Assembly (NCBI GenBank): GCA_041615815.1
Contig: JBFJCP010000032.1
Coordinates: 1 to 51,549 of the forward strand
Length of the DNA stretch: 51,549 nt
Direction of reading: 5' to 3'
From: Gemmatimonadales bacterium
Lineage (GTDB): Bacteria > Gemmatimonadota > Gemmatimonadetes > Gemmatimonadales > GWC2-71-9
The notes below the pieces were generated by a model. That model was given only the letters and a program-made list of their open reading frames with translations. It was not told the DNA's origin and did not search any database. Numbering within the stretch: the stretch's first letter is position 1; every line of letters begins with the position of its first letter. Both the position numbers and the translations under genes were made by a program. This document shows positions 47,501-51,549 of this stretch, piece by piece.

Positions 47501-47604
47501 ACGAGGAGCAGAGCCAGGGCGAGACCGAGGGCAGCGAATCCGCTCGAACTCGCCACGCGCCACGCGCGCGACTCGCGTCGCAGATACGACCTGAAACCTC
47601 TCAT
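44542..47604 (-). CDS. SusC/RagA-like TonB-dependent receptor
   Basis: N-terminal carboxypeptidase-regulatory-like domain, LDAVVVTG TonB box, INPADIERIEVIKG..ASTLYGTEAAAGVIQIFTKKG plug, terminal Phe. Start re-picked at ATG 47604 after AGGAG. Confidence 0.93.
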   Translation of the reverse strand: MRGFRSYLRRESRAWRVASSSGFAALGLALALLLVATPAAAQTGTVQGTIVAAGSGLGISGAQVSIVGTDIGTATGRDGSFVLLNVPAGQHTVRAVAIGFKVGTLQLAVQGGQVTQADLRLTRSVLELDAVVVTGTAGQARVREVGNTIGQIDLQATVKDPPQNVDQLLQARVPGLQVMQSNGNAGAGASIRLRGPVSTSQSNQPIIYIDGVRVRSEGYRRNGPPNGIDFIGRSGNIQSSPLNDINPADIERIEVIKGSAASTLYGTEAAAGVIQIFTKKGARGGAPQWTAQVDQGFARTLPFGTAGDDFVRLAPPDNSVGFCPDKVAEGLAQFEAGGTLPDLSTTINGVGAPACSWLRNGWRQKYSGSVSGGVGDFQYFLAGGYEDNEGTLPMDQEQKVTTRGNFTFSILDNLRVDWNTSFTNFDVFNTPAGNNAQGLTLNAFRAERNYRQSNNPYVIDSLLNQEITTEINRFISGGTVYYTPVSWFSNRVTIGWDQAQQENRNLRPFGFVSAPEGRLFDEQISFTTLTFDYVGNVDYRASDEFNGTFSFGGQSITTEENRIFGWGRGFPGPGAPTVTNAATFISQEDRIRVVNAGFFFQNVFKFRDRWFLTGGIRVDGNSAFGSDLGLQAYPKASLSYVISDESFWPASLGEVKLRGALGWSGRAPGAFDAVRTWEAVPFAGDPAFVPDNPGNPEIGPERTREIEFGLDAALVNSRVSVEFTWYNQKTTDALFSVRQAPSNGILTSRTANVGAIRNAGIEASVNAAIIDSPNWGFDLGTNVYTNKSLVLDLGEAVPFGAGGGWVEEGFPVMGADGLVIKNPNQVAEPDSLCIVGVDPCNASGNYIFGPQQPEIIWGINGTVRFPKGITLSARGEYQGGAWIFDSAADNALSRSVIWPLCANAEAILAGGGTVDQFTARERVECQTPISSRADDALWFPQDFFKLRDITLTIPFGTLIPRTQSATLSLSAQNFVRWINSDLRMFDPEMSSRNSLDEQNREISEHIPPPAVFTASLRITF

Positions 47605-48295
47605 GTGGACCGCTCCTGATGAGGGTGAGTAGAGCTGGATCGGTGCCGGGGAGGATCCGATCCGATCACGCCGAGCCAACGGCGTGGTGCGTCGTTCCCG
47701 ATACTCGGGGAGCGACCCGCAACACAGTCGAGACCGGTGGGCGTGCCGATACCCCGGCACGGATCGACCGACACCTTGTCCCGACTGCTTCCTCGCGATC
47801 CCGCTTTCCTATTGCTCAGGACCGCGCCCGTTCAGCACCGCCAGCGCCGCGGCGGATCGCGGGGGAGCGATCTCGCGGTACGATTGGCGGAGGTGGTCGA
47901 TGTCTATGTGAAGAGCGTTTGTGTCGTAGCTATTGATGCGGGGCGTTGCGGCGGGTCTGGGGCTTTTCACCATCAGACCGAACGTACGCCACCCGCTCGC
48001 GCCGAAAGCGCCAAGCAGAGCCACGGCGGTGCCGCTGGGCTCCGGCGAAGGAAGGGCATCGCTGTCAGGCATGGCGCTCCGGCACCCGATCTGGAGGGTC
48101 TCGGGTGCGAAGAACATGAGGAAGATTGGTTGAGCGGTCAATGGGTTGTCAAGACTAACGCTTAGAGGATGTTCCCGATAGAAACTGGCGCAGCGGCGGC
48201 AGGGGCGGCGCACACAGAACTCTGCGCTACGGTGGGGTGGATGCGGGACGGGGCTCTCGGATGCCGCGGCGCGCGGCTCAGCAGGGTGGCAAACA

Positions 48296-48368
48296 TGGAG
48301 CGGATGGGATTCGAACCCACGACCCCCTGCGTGCAAGGCAGGTGCTCTCCCAACTGAGCTACCGCCCC
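48296..48368 (-). tRNA. tRNA-Ala (TGC)
   Basis: GGGGCGGTAGCTCAGTTGGGAGAGCACCTGCCTTGCACGCAGGGGGTCGTGGGTTCGAATCCCATCCGCTCCA: cloverleaf, TGC anticodon, G3-U70 pair; CCA not encoded. Confidence 0.97.
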
Positions 48369-48474
48369 CAAGTTTTTGCCAGCACACAATCTAACGGGTA
48401 GTGGCCGGCCGGGGGATATACGTTTTGTGTACCTGAGGCGTATGGACATCCGTTCCCCCAGCGCCCGCCGCTAC

Positions 48475-49383
48475 TCAGCGATACCAGGAGTCGAGAACAT
48501 CCAACCCGGCGCTATTCGTGAGGCGCACGAGACCCGCACCATCCGCTTCCACGACGTAGATCTCGTCATCGCCGTCGCGGTCGCTCGTGAACCCGATCCG
48601 TTGTCCGTCGGGAGACCACATGGGATACCGATTGTTCGCTGGGCCCTGCGTGAGCTGCATCTCGTTCGTGCCGTCCGCGTCGATCAAATAGATGTCGGCG
48701 TGGCCATCGCGGTATGCGTGAAACGCAATCCGAGAGCCGTCTGGCGACCACGCCACCCTGCTGTCTTCGAATGCCGTGTTGCGCGTGAGCGGAAGGACGT
48801 CCGTCCCGTCCGCCCGCATGACGTAGATCCCTTGGGTCCCGTCGCGCTCCGAAGCAAACGCGATTTTCGAACCGTCGGGCGACCAGGCACCACTCATGTC
48901 ATTCCCAGGGTTCCAGGTCAGCCGGGTCGGGTTCGTTCCGTCTGCACCCATGACGTACAATTCGAGATTGCCGTCACGATCTGACCTGAACAGAATCTGC
49001 GAGCCGTCGGGCGACCACCGGGGAAATCCGTCACGCGCCGTATGGTCGGTGAGCTGCTGCAGCAATCCCCTACCGCTGATGAACTTGACGAATATCTCGT
49101 AATCGCCATCGCGGTTCGACATGAACGCGATCTTGAATTTCAAGCCATATCCATCGGGGTACCAATCGGCGCTCTGATCGACGGCCGCGTGCTGGATCAC
49201 ACGCCTCGGAGCGCTGCCATCGGACTCCATGACAAAGATGTTGAAGTTTCCGTCCCTCCCCGACGTGAACAAGATGGGAGGACCGCCATTGGCCACCGCC
49301 GGCGCAGGCGGCGGATCGTCGGTGCACGAATTGGAAACGAGGAAGAGCCAAGAAACGGCGATGAGACCTCTGGTCAATTGCAT
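48475..49383 (-). CDS. TolB-like PD40 beta-propeller lipoprotein
   Basis: Lipobox-like SNSC; repeated WSPDGSxIxFxSxRDG units. Confidence 0.9.
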   Translation of the reverse strand: MQLTRGLIAVSWLFLVSNSCTDDPPPAPAVANGGPPILFTSGRDGNFNIFVMESDGSAPRRVIQHAAVDQSADWYPDGYGLKFKIAFMSNRDGDYEIFVKFISGRGLLQQLTDHTARDGFPRWSPDGSQILFRSDRDGNLELYVMGADGTNPTRLTWNPGNDMSGAWSPDGSKIAFASERDGTQGIYVMRADGTDVLPLTRNTAFEDSRVAWSPDGSRIAFHAYRDGHADIYLIDADGTNEMQLTQGPANNRYPMWSPDGQRIGFTSDRDGDDEIYVVEADGAGLVRLTNSAGLDVLDSWYR

Positions 49384-49461
49384 GATGCCGGGTCCTACGG
49401 GCGGATGGCACCGCCCATCACGATCGTTGGCAGGTCTATCGACCTACCCTCCTTCTGACTT

Positions 49462-51069
49462 CTAACGTTCTCTCTTTTGCTCCCTCCGATCAAGCACCGT
49501 CCCCGCCATCACACCGGCAAACGCTCGGCGGTCGATCGCCATTTGGCCGTTCACGAGCACGTACACCATTCCCCTGGCGAGCTGGTGCGGCTCCTGGTAC
49601 GTCGCCGGGTCGTCGACCTCGTCGAGATCGAACACGACGACGTCGGCGATGGCGCCGGGACGCACGAACCCGCGATCGGAGAACCGGAACACGGTCGCTG
49701 GCAGACCGGTCATGCTCCGAACGGCGGTGGCCAGGTCGATCATGCCACGCTCCACGACGTACACTTTGATCTTTCGGGGGAACGTCCCGTAGCTCCGGGG
49801 ATGTGGCACCCCCTCGCCCCATGGTACGAGGTCCCCGTCGGAGGCCGTCATCATCCAGGGCTGACGCGTGAGCGTCTCCAGGTCATCCGGCTGCATGTTG
49901 AAGGAGACGATGCCGGCCCCGCCCGCGGCCAGCAGGGCGAGCACGAGATCGGCCGGCTCCACGCTCCGCGCACGCGCCACCGCGTCGAGTGTCAGTCCCT
50001 CGATGGATGGGTCGGCGGCATGCCGGCGAAACTGCAGCCGGGCAGCGCCACCGCGTCGTTCCAGGTTCTCGAGTACCGCCCCGCGAATGCGGGCGCGTGC
50101 GGCCGGCTCGAGCAGTCGAGCCTGGAGACCAGCGTCTCCGCCCGCTAGCGCCCAGCGGGGAACCAGCGCTCCTGTGAGGCTCGTGGCGGACGCTTCATAG
50201 GGGTATTGGTCCGCCCATACCTCTACACCCTCTCGACGCGCCCGCTCGATCCGCTGCACGATCGCACCCGAAAACCCCCAGACTCGAGGCCCGAGCGCCT
50301 TCACGTGGGTCACCACTGCTGGGAGCGACGCCTCGCGGGCCACGCGAATCACTTCGTCCACCGCCGCAATGACTCCCACCGTGTAGTCGGCCTCGTCGCG
50401 GATATGGCTCGTGTACACGCCGCCGTATTTGGCGGCCACCCGGGCCAGGTCGATCACCTCCCCGGTGGTGGCGTAACTGCCTGGGGCGTAATAGAGGCCC
50501 GTCGACAAGCCGAACGCTCCCGCCTCCATCCCCCGCTCCACCAGCCGGCGCATTCGGGCTAGTTCCTCGTTGGTCGCGCCGCGATCCTCCATGCCAACCA
50601 CGGCACGACGTATGGACCCGTGGGGCACGAGCAGCGCCACGTTCACGCCCAGTCCGTGCTCCATCAACCGCGAGCGTTGCGCCACCAGATCTACGTCTCC
50701 TCCGCCATCGGGATTCACCACGACGGTCGTGACACCCTGCGCGAGGAGCGGTTGTGCGTGACTGAGGCCCGAGGTGGCGAGTCCGTCCGCCGCATGCGAG
50801 TGCACGTCGATGAAGCCGGGCGCGACGTAGAGATCGGTCGCGTCGATGCTTCGTGTCGCCGTGGTGCCGGACAGATCGCCGACCGCGACGACACGGTCGC
50901 CGGTGATGCCCACATCGGCTCGATACCACGGGTTGCCGGTGCCATCCAAGACGCGGCCCCCGCGGATCAGCAGGTCGAACGGAGGCGCCTGTGCGACGGC
51001 CACGGCTGGCGCGCTTCCAACGACGACGCCCACGAGGGACACCCATCGGAAAAGTGCGTTCACGGGCAT
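49462..51069 (-). CDS. N-acyl-D-amino-acid deacylase family amidohydrolase, exported
   Basis: GGRVLDGTG, APGFIDVHSH, SHIRDE, THVK, DQYPY, ASDG, HPRSYGTFPR. Start re-picked near ATG 51069. Confidence 0.9.
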   Translation of the reverse strand: MPVNALFRWVSLVGVVVGSAPAVAVAQAPPFDLLIRGGRVLDGTGNPWYRADVGITGDRVVAVGDLSGTTATRSIDATDLYVAPGFIDVHSHAADGLATSGLSHAQPLLAQGVTTVVVNPDGGGDVDLVAQRSRLMEHGLGVNVALLVPHGSIRRAVVGMEDRGATNEELARMRRLVERGMEAGAFGLSTGLYYAPGSYATTGEVIDLARVAAKYGGVYTSHIRDEADYTVGVIAAVDEVIRVAREASLPAVVTHVKALGPRVWGFSGAIVQRIERARREGVEVWADQYPYEASATSLTGALVPRWALAGGDAGLQARLLEPAARARIRGAVLENLERRGGAARLQFRRHAADPSIEGLTLDAVARARSVEPADLVLALLAAGGAGIVSFNMQPDDLETLTRQPWMMTASDGDLVPWGEGVPHPRSYGTFPRKIKVYVVERGMIDLATAVRSMTGLPATVFRFSDRGFVRPGAIADVVVFDLDEVDDPATYQEPHQLARGMVYVLVNGQMAIDRRAFAGVMAGTVLDRREQKRER

Positions 51070-51125
51070 TCCGAACCTGTGGTCAGTGCATTTGCGCTTA
51101 CGACCAGAAGCATCGTTCCTCATGC

Positions 51126-51549
51126 TCACCAGATCCCCAGGAGCTTCCACCATATGCTTCCCACGCCGAACCAGATGGCGAGGTTCACGAAGCTCACCAC
51201 CAGCCCAATACGCCACCAGTCGACGACTTCCACGTAGCCGGCGCCGAAGAGGACGGGGGCTGGTCCCGTCCCGTAGTGGGTCATACTGCTGAAAAGATTA
51301 CTGAAGAATGCCAGCACCAGCGCGGCGAGGAGCGGTGGCGCTCCCATGGCGAGGGCGACGCCCAAGAACGGAGCGTACATGGCACTCACGTGGGCCGTGT
51401 TGCTGGCGAAAAAATAGTGACTGTAGAAGTAGATGAGGCTGAGACCCGCAAATCCCGCCTGCCACGCCGAACCGGCGAACCACTCGCCAACGGTCTCGCC
51501 GAACCAGGGAATCAAACCCAGTTGGGTGAGCGAGGAAGCCATCATCACG
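51126..51549 (-). CDS. DASS-family dicarboxylate transporter (2-oxoglutarate/malate translocator-like), 5' part outside the window
   Basis: YFYSHYFFASNTAH, THYGTGPAPVLFGAGYV, WWKLLG. Confidence 0.9.
   Translation of the reverse strand, partial: VMMASSLTQLGLIPWFGETVGEWFAGSAWQAGFAGLSLIYFYSHYFFASNTAHVSAMYAPFLGVALAMGAPPLLAALVLAFFSNLFSSMTHYGTGPAPVLFGAGYVEVVDWWRIGLVVSFVNLAIWFGVGSIWWKLLGIW

Noticed and set aside
47809..48117. Possible small minus-strand ORF in the susC leader (starts at 48117 or 48072)
   Set aside because: No motif, atypical composition and poorly spaced RBS; it cannot be excluded but is not supportable.
48296..48368. tRNA-Ala as an integration site for a genomic island
   Set aside because: No integrase, no duplicated tRNA 3' end seen in the window, and no evident compositional shift.
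48475..49260. Repeated DNA/protein units resembling an array
   Set aside because: These are ordinary PD40 propeller repeats within a coding sequence, not CRISPR or a non-coding array.

Overview
High-GC, densely coding bacterial chromosomal segment. Gene style (SusC/SusD pair, VPS10-type protein, M14 peptidase, D-aminoacylase, tonB-exbB-exbD-exbD) suggests Gemmatimonadota; this is an inference. From left to right: (1) a minus-strand run with an MBL hydrolase, trxB, DUF309, a PHP phosphoesterase, 2-oxoacid dehydrogenase E2/E1beta/E1alpha, copZ-hypothetical-copA-cupredoxin, ino1 and a PIP-synthase-like CDP-alcohol phosphotransferase; (2) a peptidoglycan-salvage cluster (namZ divergent from nagZ, AmiE-like hydrolase, two Na+/solute symporters, BadF-type amino-sugar kinase) with an A-type Fe-S carrier nested inside; (3) an NhaC-family transporter, a TonB system and a two-kinase/one-regulator locus; (4) peroxiredoxin, MnSOD and a 52-aa stand-alone zinc finger; (5) secreted and outer-membrane proteins including SusC/SusD with an M14 peptidase; (6) tRNA-Ala(TGC), a TolB-like protein, a D-aminoacylase and a partial DASS transporter. 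I saw no CRISPR array, rRNA, prophage or intact mobile element. The most unusual item is an intact ORF with an IS200/Y1 transposase-like pattern that has lost the HUH motif and contains no tyrosine at all; it sits antisense between E1beta and E2. Other leads are copper-export genes translationally coupled to the lipoyl-dependent dehydrogenase, an 11-bp-phased operator-like repeat upstream of tonB, and a structured SusC leader. All calls come from motif recognition by eye, with no database searches, and several start codons were re-picked manually.
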